NCBI GenBank assembly: GCA_965203325.1
Contig: OZ241875.1
Span: 576,001 to 640,000 of the forward strand
Source of the DNA: a bacterium
Lineage (GTDB): Bacteria; UBA8248
Direction: 5' to 3'
DNA: 64,000 nucleotides
Position 1 is the stretch's first letter. Each line of letters begins with the position of its first letter. The notes below the pieces were generated by a model, which was not told the DNA's origin, ran no database searches, and worked only from the letters and a program-made list of their open reading frames with translations. The translations under genes and the position numbers were made by a program. Positions 48,184 through 57,961 of this stretch are shown piece after piece.

Positions 48184-50229
48184 GTGGCTGTGTTGAACCA
48201 CGGACGTTCGATATTTCGCCGCTCGCAGAGTCTTCCCAGATACCTGGAATATGGCATACCTGCGCTGATCCTGTTGCTGGGGCTTGCCCTTCGGGCCTGG
48301 GATCCGGCGCCGATTGCGGACATGCGGCTGAGAACTTTTGACTATTATCAACACATCAAACCGCGCGAATACGTTCCGCTTCCGGTCCATATCATTGATC
48401 TCGACGATGAAAGTATTTCACGTTACGGCCAATGGCCGTGGCCGCGGAATTTGCTTGCCCGGCTCCTCGAAAAGTTGACGGAGGCTCGTGCGGCGGCGGT
48501 TGTCTTCGATGTCATATTCTCGGAACCTGACCGCACATCGCCTCTTGAAATTATCAAACATTTACCGGGACAATTGGTCGATGAGAACCTGCGGGAGAAA
48601 GCGGCGCGCTCTAAAAATCACGACGAGATGTTTGCGGCCGCAATCAGAAAAGCGGGTAATGTCGCGCTGGGTTTCGTATTAACCCCGAATGGTCCAGGCG
48701 CTCAGCCGCCAATTCGCACGGGATACGCATTTACCGGTGACGACCCGCGCCTTTTCGTTCCCCGCTTCGAGGGTTCCGTTCTCAATTTGAGCCGCCTTTC
48801 CACTTCTGCAGCCGGTGGCGGAAGCCTGAACCTTGTACCCGAGCGTGACGGCGTGGCCCGCCGTGTTCCGCTATTGGTAAATTTCGTCGACAAAATCTAT
48901 CCGACACTATCACTCGACACGCTGCGAATGGTCCAAGGCGCCTCGACACTGCTGGTGAAAAGCTCCGGCGCAAGCAGTGAGAAAGCGTTCGGACAAAAGA
49001 CCGGCGTCATCAACGTCAAGGTCGGCCGGCTCACGGTGCCGACGGATGCGGTAGGGAGAATCTGGCTCTACCAGACCCGTGAGCAGGATGTCCGGTTCGT
49101 GCCGGCCTGGAAGGTACTCGTCGGCGATTTCAACCAAACCCGGCTCAAGGGTTCGATTCTATTCGTCGGCACGAGCGCCGCAGGACTCGCCGATCTCAAG
49201 ACGACACCGCTCCATCCGTCTCTTCCCGGCGTTGCGATCCACGCCCAAGTCACCGAACAAATGCTTCTCGGCTCCTACCTTACCCGCCCAGACTGGGCGA
49301 CGGGCGCAGAGTTGATCTTTCTATTCATCGCCGGCTCCATTCTCGTATTCCTTATCCCGCGGCTTGGAGCGGCATGGTCGGCGCTGATTGGCGGTGTGTG
49401 TGCCGTATTCGGCGTCGCCCTCTCATGGTATGCCTTCAGTGCGGCCTCCATAAGGCTTTTAATCGATCCGATCTATCCCGTCTTCATTGTAGGAATCGTT
49501 TTTGTCTGCGGTTCGATTTTGAGCTATTTGCGCACCGAATTGGATCGTCGCCAACTCCACAGCATGTTCGGCATGTATGTTTCGCGCAAGCTTGTCGACC
49601 ACCTCGTCACACACCCGAACGAGGTGAAACTGGGCGGAGAGATGCGGCCCTTGACGGTGATGTTCATGGATGTGCGCGGCTTCACCGCTCTGTCCGAGAA
49701 CATGTCGGCTGGCGAACTCACCACGTTCATGAACCGGTTTCTGACGACGATGACCGCGGCCGTACTCGAACAAGACGGGACGATCAGCCACTACACGGGT
49801 GACGGACTAATGGCCTTTTGGAATTCGCCGGTCGATCAGCCCGATCACGTCCGCCGCGCCTGCTTGGCGGCGCTGGATATGAGAATGCGTCTCGATAATC
49901 TCAATGCGGACCTCGAAAGCGAAGCCCTGGCCCGGAAAGCCTCGCACAATCCCATACGGATCGGGATCGGATTAAACACCGGCGTATGTTGCGTCGGCAA
50001 CATCGGTTCTGAGCAGCGCTTCGGCTATTCGGCCCTGGGCGACGCCGTGAACATCGCAGCCCGCCTGGAGACGGAATCAAAGACCTACGGAGTGCCGATC
50101 ATCATCGGCGAATCGACTCGCGCGGCCGTCTCCGAGTTCGACTGTGAGGAGATCGGCAATATCAAAATTCGTGGTCGGGAAGCTCCGTTGACGATATTCT
50201 CTTTATTGGGCGAGCAACACGCAGAATGA
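48184..50229 (+). CDS. CHASE2-domain class III nucleotidyl (adenylate/guanylate-type) cyclase
   Basis: IDLDDESI...GQWPWPR, FDVIFSEPD, PGVAIHA (CHASE2), three TM helices, FMDVRGFT, GDGLMAFWN, GDAVNIAARLE; start uncertain. Confidence 0.92.
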   Translation: MAVLNHGRSIFRRSQSLPRYLEYGIPALILLLGLALRAWDPAPIADMRLRTFDYYQHIKPREYVPLPVHIIDLDDESISRYGQWPWPRNLLARLLEKLTEARAAAVVFDVIFSEPDRTSPLEIIKHLPGQLVDENLREKAARSKNHDEMFAAAIRKAGNVALGFVLTPNGPGAQPPIRTGYAFTGDDPRLFVPRFEGSVLNLSRLSTSAAGGGSLNLVPERDGVARRVPLLVNFVDKIYPTLSLDTLRMVQGASTLLVKSSGASSEKAFGQKTGVINVKVGRLTVPTDAVGRIWLYQTREQDVRFVPAWKVLVGDFNQTRLKGSILFVGTSAAGLADLKTTPLHPSLPGVAIHAQVTEQMLLGSYLTRPDWATGAELIFLFIAGSILVFLIPRLGAAWSALIGGVCAVFGVALSWYAFSAASIRLLIDPIYPVFIVGIVFVCGSILSYLRTELDRRQLHSMFGMYVSRKLVDHLVTHPNEVKLGGEMRPLTVMFMDVRGFTALSENMSAGELTTFMNRFLTTMTAAVLEQDGTISHYTGDGLMAFWNSPVDQPDHVRRACLAALDMRMRLDNLNADLESEALARKASHNPIRIGIGLNTGVCCVGNIGSEQRFGYSALGDAVNIAARLETESKTYGVPIIIGESTRAAVSEFDCEEIGNIKIRGREAPLTIFSLLGEQHAE

Positions 50230-50325
50230 CGCCTCTTGGGAAAGCGAACCCGCTTGCTAATCCCGGGTTCGTTACTCAGTAGACATCGACCTGAAAAACT
50301 ATCCGGTTTTCTTTCCGATCAAACG

Positions 50326-53073
50326 CTATCTTTCCCCCGCGAAAGTTCCGCCGGCCTTGTAGCCGTTGCCCGTGACGTTGAAATCGCCGCCGACATAGGC
50401 GGGGATGGCGCCGGAACCTTGGGCAGGCGACTTGAAGAACGACCCCCGCAGGTTCATCACCCGATTGGAACTGCCCTGGATGTTCGCACTCTGGAAGTCG
50501 CTCCTGAGATTCGATGCCGAAACCGATCCTGAATAGTCGGCGCCGTCGAAATTCGTGACGTTAAATGCGCCTGTATCGGTCGCAAAATTGTACTGTTGGG
50601 TGAAGCGCCCCGCCGAAACGTAGTAGTTCGCGCCGTTTTTTACGTTACCCACGATGTGCCCGGCGTATGAGGCCGTACCGGTGGTGGGTATGTCCACGGC
50701 GTCGGGGATCTCGCCTGCGACCCAGGAAGCGATGTGAACTGCTTCCCTCTCGTTGTTTCGATCTTCCTGGGTTGTTTCCCTACGTGCATCGGCCGACCAG
50801 TAACCCCAACTCAGATATTCGCATTCGCAGGGCGTAACGCCCTCCGGCAGTACGTCTCCGAACATTCCGGTGGAAGCGAACAATCCACTCAGGCGTAAGA
50901 TGGGATTACCACTCATAAAACCGTTACCGCCGATGACTTCTCGTCCGCCAGGCGATAGCTCACGGGCGATGAAACGGCGGTCGTCGATAAACGCCGATCG
51001 GGAATGGAAGGTACCTATGGGGGTGCCGAGGCGGTAGAAGTTGTTGTTGGACCCCTCAATGCTTTCAATGCCCACTTCCACTAGCATCCAGTTGCTACCG
51101 TTATCCGTGAAAATCCGGGCCCCGGCCTGTCCGCTCGGCGACACGTCGGGCGTGCTATAACGCCCGCGATCGACGGGGTCGGCATTAAAGACATAATCGC
51201 CTTGAAACTCGCCCCCTCTCTCTCTGATCTCGACGATGCCGCCTGTGTAGCCGAACAGTGTGCGTGTCGTTCGCCTAGAGCCGAGATTGGCCGGCGAGGA
51301 AGCCGGTCGCACGTACCCGTTGGTATGGAATCTTGTTCCTTGAGAGTCAAGACCGATTAGGGTCTGATAAAAGCCTGTGTAACCGGGTTGGCGAACGCCG
51401 GATAAAGTTCCAGAGTCCTGGGTGCTGTTGACGAAAAAATCGGGCGCGTTCACGCCAAAAAGACTATTTTTGTTCTCATCGTGTACGGAGTAGAAATTAA
51501 AAGCCGTTCGCACGGGATGGCTCGTACTGGATCGCCTTACAGATGTCCTGCTGCCTCCCCGAATTTCAATCGGTCCCTCTCTCGGCCCGCCCTCCACCAG
51601 ACGTGTAAGATAGTAACCGCCGGAAGTACCAAGCATGGCGGAACGCTGCGCCGGGCCCGAGCCGTCGAAGACCACGGCCGCGCCGGCGATTACTCCCGGG
51701 GCGACGTTTGTGTCGCGGGCTCCGTAAATCGTAAAAAGGGTGTATTCACGGAGCAGGCCGAGGACGTCGCCGCCTGCGGCATTGGGGAAGGGATGGGCAG
51801 TCTGGTGACTTTGAGTTGCGAATCCTGATGAGGGGAACAAATCCGAGGTGATCGGAATTCCGCCGAAAATCGTCGCGAGATTTCCGTCGTTCTCAGTCTC
51901 TCCCAACGTGTAGAAGAAGAAATCCTGGTTGGGCGAGAAAAACCCTGTGCCCGAAACCGGCCCGAACGGCGTAGACGTTCCGGCAGCATCAAAAGTGAAG
52001 TCCCCGTGACTGGGAATCGGCAGGCGAATCTCCTGGCCGTTCAGTATCGCGTTGAACCACCCGTCCTCGATCTGCCCATTTCCGTATCTGATGTTGTGTG
52101 CGGGAATCAATTCGATGATTCTATCCGCGCCCGTGGTTCCTTGGAAATCCTGAACTGGATTTCGTTGGTATTGGCCGTAGAAAGTAACCTGCGGGATACT
52201 TAGGCCGGGCTGCGGTTCGGGTTCAGGCTCGGGCATAGCCGAAAGGTTATCTTGCGCCTCCTCAATGATGTCGCTCTCCGGCACTTTCTCGTCGGCAACA
52301 CTCTTTTGCGTGGCTTGGGCAGCTTGGATAGCCGGCTCAATGGGTGCGAGATCAGCCGGATTCTGGGACGAACCTGCATCGGCAACCTGTTGTTCGGATT
52401 CGGCCGGCTCGTCGGCCGCTTCGCCTTCGAGCTTGGCGAGGTTGCCGTCGATTTCGGCTTGCGTAACTTTTTCGAGCTGAACGCTGCCGGTTTTTTCCGT
52501 CACCGTTGCCTTGAAGCCGTTACGGAGAATCCTGGATTGCAACTCCGCGCCGTCCGGCGTTCTAGGCGTGACAGCGACGTCGACACCGAAATGCTTGATC
52601 GCAACCACCGATTTATCGGAAACGTTAACGTCGGCGATGCCGCCGCGCAGCGCGATAATTGCGAGCGGAGTGCGGAACTCCACCTTGTTCTTCTTCGATA
52701 TCACGCCCCCAACGAAGCGAAAGAAACCTTTTGTTGTAGAGAAGATGACCTTGCCCGCCTTCGTCTTGGGATCGTAGACGTATTCGTCGAGCACGAGGTC
52801 TGAGTTCGGCGCAACGATCAGCGACGAGCGGTCATTGAAGATCAACTGCGCGCGGCCGCTTTGCGAAGTCACCAACCGTTCGTTGGCGAAGACGTTGGTG
52901 CCGATTTTTAGCCGCCGCGCCACAGCGCCCGGCGGCTGCCCGGTGGTAAGAACGGTGACCGCCGTGGTCGTCCCGATCTCCTGCGCCACCGCTACAGTTC
53001 CGAACATAGAGAGCACGATGCCCATCAGGGCGGCTTTCCACCGCCGCGTTCGGATAGATGATGTCATAATCAA
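50326..53073 (-). CDS. Secreted FecR-domain protein with beta-rich C-terminus (TbpB-like barrel suspected)
   Basis: Signal peptide ending AVA-Q; FecR-like GRAQLIFNDRSSL...LVLDEYVYDP...TPLAIIALRG; C-terminal PTTGTASYAG...GGTFAGER. Confidence 0.75.
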   Translation of the reverse strand: MIMTSSIRTRRWKAALMGIVLSMFGTVAVAQEIGTTTAVTVLTTGQPPGAVARRLKIGTNVFANERLVTSQSGRAQLIFNDRSSLIVAPNSDLVLDEYVYDPKTKAGKVIFSTTKGFFRFVGGVISKKNKVEFRTPLAIIALRGGIADVNVSDKSVVAIKHFGVDVAVTPRTPDGAELQSRILRNGFKATVTEKTGSVQLEKVTQAEIDGNLAKLEGEAADEPAESEQQVADAGSSQNPADLAPIEPAIQAAQATQKSVADEKVPESDIIEEAQDNLSAMPEPEPEPQPGLSIPQVTFYGQYQRNPVQDFQGTTGADRIIELIPAHNIRYGNGQIEDGWFNAILNGQEIRLPIPSHGDFTFDAAGTSTPFGPVSGTGFFSPNQDFFFYTLGETENDGNLATIFGGIPITSDLFPSSGFATQSHQTAHPFPNAAGGDVLGLLREYTLFTIYGARDTNVAPGVIAGAAVVFDGSGPAQRSAMLGTSGGYYLTRLVEGGPREGPIEIRGGSRTSVRRSSTSHPVRTAFNFYSVHDENKNSLFGVNAPDFFVNSTQDSGTLSGVRQPGYTGFYQTLIGLDSQGTRFHTNGYVRPASSPANLGSRRTTRTLFGYTGGIVEIRERGGEFQGDYVFNADPVDRGRYSTPDVSPSGQAGARIFTDNGSNWMLVEVGIESIEGSNNNFYRLGTPIGTFHSRSAFIDDRRFIARELSPGGREVIGGNGFMSGNPILRLSGLFASTGMFGDVLPEGVTPCECEYLSWGYWSADARRETTQEDRNNEREAVHIASWVAGEIPDAVDIPTTGTASYAGHIVGNVKNGANYYVSAGRFTQQYNFATDTGAFNVTNFDGADYSGSVSASNLRSDFQSANIQGSSNRVMNLRGSFFKSPAQGSGAIPAYVGGDFNVTGNGYKAGGTFAGER

Positions 53074-53156
53074 AGGTTCCTCATTTTATTTGAGATTCTT
53101 CAATTTCAATCACCCAAGTATCGGGATTATTTGCTTTTGCTTTCCTATCCGGCGAT

Positions 53157-54569
53157 TCAGAATGAACGGCTCAGGGAAGCTGCGACCCCTGTATTGGTCT
53201 GTTCGAAATTCGGCAGATTCGAACTATTTCTCGAATGGGTCACGCCGATTCCGAGCGACACTAACTTCGAGAGAGGAATGTTCGTTTGCACGCGCAAACT
53301 CCACTTCTTGTCCTCTCTCTGCGTCGTCAGCGACACGGCGGGATCGGGAGCCTTATACTTCACAAACGAAAACTCACTGCTGACCGAGGTAAGCCAACGG
53401 CGCGAAGGGTTCCCAATCGGTGGCTCGTAAGACACCGATAAGCCGGCAAGTCCTCCATATTCGCGGTTCGCCTCGTAATCGACCTGAGCATCGTGGGCCT
53501 TTACGCGCACCCGCGCGAAAGCGTTGACCGTCGGGGTGATGGAGAACGCTGCCGTAACATGTCCCGACTGCTCTACGCCATCTTCGTCGCTGGCCGCCGG
53601 GCGGCTTGTGTTGTTATCAAAGCGCTTGTCTCTGGCGTCGTATCGCATCGTCACGCCCAGCCCGTCGTTGATTTGCCTGGAGATCTCAAGGCCGCCACCG
53701 AATGAGGAGTAGAGAATGTCTTCTCCGAGATGGATTACGTTTCCCGAGACGAACGGACGTATGAGTGTATTGGCACGCCCCTCTGATGCAACACGAAACC
53801 GCGGCCCTGCCACGACCTCCAGGAAGAGGATGTCAATCTGGTCTTGTTCGAGATGTTTGGAGCCAAACACGAACAGGTCCGTATCGAGCGTAGTTTGCTC
53901 CTGTGTTTCCAAGTCATAGACGTGGCGCAGATTGAGCGCACCAAAGAAGTTCCCATCCTTCTTGCTCGTATAGGCTTCATCGAGTTCAGCCGGAATTCCG
54001 AAAAGCAGCACCGAGGGCGAGTCAGGACCTGCATTGGCGTTCGTCTGGTAGCGTAGGCCTGCGCTTGCCGAGCCGGACAATTTGGACTTTGACAGCAATT
54101 CGTTGATCTTTACGAGGAACACGCCGACACGCTCGCGAACCACCGGCGGCACATTTTTCCCCTTTACCGCACTCTCGAGATAGGACTTTGCGAGCGCGTA
54201 GGAGCCGAGCCTGAAATAGAGCACGCCGAGTTCGAGCCGCACTCGGGGAAGACTGGGGTTGGTAATCAGCATACGCTCGAGCGCGCTGATCGCGGCTTCA
54301 AAATCGCCGCGTTCAATCGCAAGTTGCGTGAACCGAAACGATTTATCGAGGTTGCCGGGGTCCTTCAAAACTTCCTTATACGCCTTTTCGAAAATCCGGT
54401 CGTTTTCGGATATTTGTTGCGCATCAGCAGTGACGTAGAAAAAAAATGAGAAGAAAAGGACAGCGGTTAGCGCAGCAAACACAAGATTCTTGAGCGATGA
54501 ATTTCCCAAAGGCCCTATCCTCAATAACCGTTCAAATGATGATTCCTCATCAGGCAGCAAAGAATACAT
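53157..54569 (-). CDS. TPR + outer-membrane beta-barrel protein (DUF560/Slam-like)
   Basis: TPR segment ISALERMLITNPSLPRVRLELGVLYF, YQTNANAGP, alternating beta strands, terminal LSRSF beta-signal; start uncertain. Confidence 0.78.
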   Translation of the reverse strand: MYSLLPDEESSFERLLRIGPLGNSSLKNLVFAALTAVLFFSFFFYVTADAQQISENDRIFEKAYKEVLKDPGNLDKSFRFTQLAIERGDFEAAISALERMLITNPSLPRVRLELGVLYFRLGSYALAKSYLESAVKGKNVPPVVRERVGVFLVKINELLSKSKLSGSASAGLRYQTNANAGPDSPSVLLFGIPAELDEAYTSKKDGNFFGALNLRHVYDLETQEQTTLDTDLFVFGSKHLEQDQIDILFLEVVAGPRFRVASEGRANTLIRPFVSGNVIHLGEDILYSSFGGGLEISRQINDGLGVTMRYDARDKRFDNNTSRPAASDEDGVEQSGHVTAAFSITPTVNAFARVRVKAHDAQVDYEANREYGGLAGLSVSYEPPIGNPSRRWLTSVSSEFSFVKYKAPDPAVSLTTQREDKKWSLRVQTNIPLSKLVSLGIGVTHSRNSSNLPNFEQTNTGVAASLSRSF

Positions 54570-55032
54570 AAAGCCCTGGAACGCCTACTTTTCAAGGATT
54601 TAGTGTCGTGTAACTATTATGTTAACAAATCAGTTGCGGTGTCAAATTGATACTCAAGCCCTAAACTCCAAAACATTTGACGTGGCCCGATAGTGGTATG
54701 TTGACAAATGCTTCGCTGGCTCGGTTATATTCACGCGTATTCCAGCTTTGTCCATTGAAATTATTGTGAGGGAAACTGTAAAACACGAAAACATAAAATA
54801 AATACAATTATGCAAACTTTTTCGATTTAAGCATTGGCACCATTTAAACTTCTTGCAAGCGACATGAAAGACTTCTGCAGTTCGCCCGTATCGTCCCTCC
54901 ACCCACCCTGAAACCCCGCCAAAAACAATCCGCGCCTTTTCTGTGGCGAAATCTTCGCCTTGAAACCTATATTGAGAATATAAGAGGGCGTTACATCTCG
55001 CTCGGAAGGCAAAGTCGCCTGAGGAGACCGGC

Positions 55033-55236
55033 ATGAGCAGATACACCTGGATTTGCCCGAGTTGCCTGCACCAGTTTCAGGGACACGTGTTCGATGAGGG
55101 CACCTACGGGACCGGCCCCATCTGCAACGCCTGCTGCGTGGAACTGGAATTCGCGCCCGGAGAGGATGCGGCGGATGAACCTGCGTTAAAGGAACGGAAC
55201 CGCGGGACGCAGGTCCGCGCGACTCACCCCGCCTAG
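55033..55236 (+). CDS. Small CxxC...CxxC zinc-ribbon protein
   Basis: GAGGAG RBS; CPSC and CNAC pairs in 67 aa. Confidence 0.55.
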   Translation: MSRYTWICPSCLHQFQGHVFDEGTYGTGPICNACCVELEFAPGEDAADEPALKERNRGTQVRATHPA

Positions 55237-55239
55237 AGA

Positions 55240-55309
55240 CGCAGGGCGCGATACCCCCGGTATTCCTCGTCGTATCAAAGTTGTGAAATCCCCCATCCAG
55301 GCCAAAAAC
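55240..55309 (-). pseudogene. Degenerate displaced copy of the def 3' end
   Basis: Shares CGGTATTCCTCG..CG...CAAAG...GAAATC with def 57996-58030 and with 56966-57000; has a small deletion. Confidence 0.65.
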
Positions 55310-55320
55310 CGGATAGGCCG

Positions 55321-55551
55321 TCATTCAGCGAGTTTTTTGTAGAGCGGCGCGTATCTCTCGTGACTCGCCTGGTACACCGCCATGACGCGGGGGCGCGGCC
55401 TGCTCCCCCTGCGCTTCTCGATCAGGTCGGCCTGGGCTTCATCCACCAGGGTTTGAAGCTGCCGCCCCTCGCTCCGCGCAAGGCTGCGGACGGCGGCCAG
55501 AATCTCAGAATTCACCCGGGTAGTGAATTTCTCTCATCGCCGGGTCGCTAT
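55321..55551 (-). pseudogene. Inactivated duplicate of the RHH-like antitoxin at 57031-57261
   Basis: Collinear copy 1710 bp away; ATG changed to ATA and CGA changed to TGA (55534-55536). Confidence 0.85.
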
Positions 55552-55933
55552 GGGACGCCTCCTATCTTAAGCCCCTCACCCCGCTTAGGGCTGCGGAGCG
55601 TGGTGCCTGCGGCGCGGCGGGCTTGATGAATCCGGCGCGGCCTCGATGGGTGGCGGGGAAAGGGAACCGACTACGCGGCGGGGAGAAAATTTTTTTCCGC
55701 TCCCCTTCATCGGGGGAAATCGGCAAAACAGGGCTTCATGCTCCATGCCGAAAGCGGAAAGGGATTTTTTTATGCGCGCCGTCAATTTCATTACATGGCC
55801 GGGCGGGCATGATATGATCTCGCCCGGATGATAATGGCGCATGGGCCACTGATGGCACCGCCGCCGCTTGCCGATAGGGCACACTTCGGAGGGGTGAGTG
55901 ACGAACTACGCAGACAAATTGGAGGCACAAAAA

Positions 55934-56692
55934 ATGTCGCAATATCTAATAGTTGATGTGGATAGTTGGCTAACCCATAAAGGAAACGAGAAACCGTGTC
56001 TGGATGTTGCAATTCCTTCTGTCTTGGAGTCTGTCTTCTGCGCGCTGGTAGGTGCTTTCGGTAAGTTACCTGACGAACGAATTGAAGTCTCTTGGTGGAA
56101 AGATTTATCCAGAGTCCTTTCAGATTCCGGTCCTTATCAAATCCGTATTAATGCTCAAAATAGGAATTGGTGCGAATACGTCTATCAGTTCTCGCACAAA
56201 CTGTGCCATGTAATGACGAACTACAATCGCAACAAAGGACATCGCCATACTTGGTTTGAGGAAAGTCTTTGCGAAATGGCGTCATTGTTCGTTTTGTCTA
56301 GATTATCGGAGACTTGGAAAACCAACCCGCCTGTGAATGTCAGTGGAGCTGCCGAATTTGCACCTAGCCACGCAAAATACTGTGAGGATTTCGCAGACAA
56401 ACACCTGACACCAGAACGCAAAAACTTACCAGGATGGTTATCATTAAATCTTGAGGATATGCAAAACAATCCTTATCTTCGCTGCCGCAATGCAGTTGTA
56501 GCCCTTGCCCTCCTAGATCATTTTCGGAGTGATCCTTCTCTTTGGGCGGACTGCGGATTTATCAATTATTGGAATGCTGAAAACGACAAAACTTTTGAAG
56601 ACTATTTGAATTCATGGGAAAAGTGTTTGAAATGCAATGACTCTGATTCGGTTCGAGTACCTGCCCTCGTTAGAAAAATGTTTTACGAGTAG
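55934..56692 (+). CDS. Hypothetical protein, zincin-like with degenerate HExxH (HKLCH)
   Basis: GGAGG RBS; YQFSHKLCH...WFEESLCE; lower GC than flanks. Confidence 0.65.
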   Translation: MSQYLIVDVDSWLTHKGNEKPCLDVAIPSVLESVFCALVGAFGKLPDERIEVSWWKDLSRVLSDSGPYQIRINAQNRNWCEYVYQFSHKLCHVMTNYNRNKGHRHTWFEESLCEMASLFVLSRLSETWKTNPPVNVSGAAEFAPSHAKYCEDFADKHLTPERKNLPGWLSLNLEDMQNNPYLRCRNAVVALALLDHFRSDPSLWADCGFINYWNAENDKTFEDYLNSWEKCLKCNDSDSVRVPALVRKMFYE

Positions 56693-56925
56693 CAAGTCGT
56701 GAAGATAAACCAGTTGATCGCAAGTCTTGAATCCGCGCCCGTGGGCGACGGCGATCTTATGGACGAGCCGTTCCTGTGATAGCCATATTAGCGTCGCCCC
56801 CCTCATGCTGCTCTTGCACCCTAGTATTGTGTACCGGCCTTTCCCTTGATGTGATGGCGTGAAGTCCGGGTTTGGACAAGCCCTGTGCCTAGACATCGTG
56901 TGAGCCCGAGCGTGGACCGGGTGCT

Positions 56926-57019
56926 CTACTCGGCCTCTTCTTTGGGCCGCGGCGCGTGATGCCCCCGGTATTCCTCGTCGAAGCAAAGAGAAGTGAAATC
57001 CCGAATCCTGTCTAAATAC
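56926..57019 (-). pseudogene. Displaced in-frame copy of the def 3' end
   Basis: Translates YLDRIRDFTSLCFDEEYRGHHAPRPKEEAE* versus Def FIDRMRDFSTLCFGEEYRRYHAPRPKED*; 64/84 nt identical ungapped by hand count. Confidence 0.88.
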
Positions 57020-57030
57020 CGGATAGTCCG

Positions 57031-57261
57031 TCATTCAGCGAGTTTTTTGTAGAGCGGCGCGTATCTCTCGTGGCTCGCCTGATAGACCGCCATGACGCGG
57101 GCGCGCGGCCTGCTCCCCCTACGCTTCTCGATCAAGTCGGCAAGCGCCTCATCGACCAGGGACTGAAGCTGCCGCCCCTCGATGCGCGCAAGGTTGTGGA
57201 CGGCGGCCAGAATTTCTGAATCCACCCGGGTTGTGAATTTCTCTCGTCGGCGGGTCGCCAT
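57031..57261 (-). CDS. Small RHH-like protein, putative antitoxin of Doc/Fic-type modules (orphan)
   Basis: REKFTTRVDSEIL...EGRQLQSLVDEALADL...LYKKLAE; GGAGG RBS; followed by a coupled ATG-ACG-GAC-TAT (MTDY) stub. Confidence 0.65.
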   Translation of the reverse strand: MATRRREKFTTRVDSEILAAVHNLARIEGRQLQSLVDEALADLIEKRRGSRPRARVMAVYQASHERYAPLYKKLAE

Positions 57262-57320
57262 GTGACGCCTCCAATCCTGGGTCCCTCACTCTACATAAAG
57301 CCGCGCGCACCTCTCAACCC

Positions 57321-57902
57321 TCAGGGCCGGGCTTTCTTGATGCGCCACTGCTTGAACTTCGCATCGGTGGAGGCGCACGGCGCGAGCGCGAGGTCGCGCG
57401 ACATGAACGGCCCGGCCGACCTGCTTGCGGCCCCCGCGACGAGGCAAAGCGTCCGATCCGCGCCGGGGCGGAATTCCATCGACGCAGCGTCGTAATCGAA
57501 GACCTGGCCTGTGGCGTCTTTCGCGCAATCCAACAGCCCAAGCGTTACCCCGGCGGCGGCCGGCGCCAGGAGCGCCGCGCATTTCCCGGAAAATGTGGCC
57601 GAAGCGATCCGCCGCGCCGCCTCCTCGTAGCGGAACTGAACGTCACCGCCGCGCGGCTTGCACGAGTGCGTATGAAGCCTGTCGCTGAATCCTCGTCCGC
57701 GGGTATCAATGCACCACCCAAGCCCATCCTGCTCGTCCAGATTATCCGCCAGGTAGATGACCGGCGCCGGAGTCTTGAGGTCGGGCGGCGCCGCATACGA
57801 TGCCGCCGGGAGGCCCAACAGCAGGAGAAGCGCCAAATAACCGAGACAGTCGCCAAAAAATCCTGAACGGCGGCGGGTGCCAGTAGTTGCGGTCATCGTC
57901 AT
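57321..57902 (-). CDS. Secreted Cys-patterned protein, ricin-B/beta-trefoil-like
   Basis: Signal peptide, GWCID...SC...QF, C...LDC...QVF, LCL...PC...QW repeats; GGAGG RBS. Confidence 0.6.
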   Translation of the reverse strand: MTMTATTGTRRRSGFFGDCLGYLALLLLLGLPAASYAAPPDLKTPAPVIYLADNLDEQDGLGWCIDTRGRGFSDRLHTHSCKPRGGDVQFRYEEAARRIASATFSGKCAALLAPAAAGVTLGLLDCAKDATGQVFDYDAASMEFRPGADRTLCLVAGAASRSAGPFMSRDLALAPCASTDAKFKQWRIKKARP

Positions 57903-57961
57903 TTTAGAATCCTCCCTTTCCTGATACAGGAGAAACTGAGCGGGAAGCAGGCACAGGCCCT

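Noticed and set aside
48184..50229. Calling the cyclase a Pycsar or CBASS defence component
   Set aside because: The CHASE2-TM receptor architecture and the lack of an adjacent cNMP-binding effector point to signalling.
55620..55890. Possible riboswitch (GGCAAAAC...GAAAG) upstream of the zincin-like gene
   Set aside because: Does not fit the c-di-GMP-I or any other aptamer consensus I can verify by eye.
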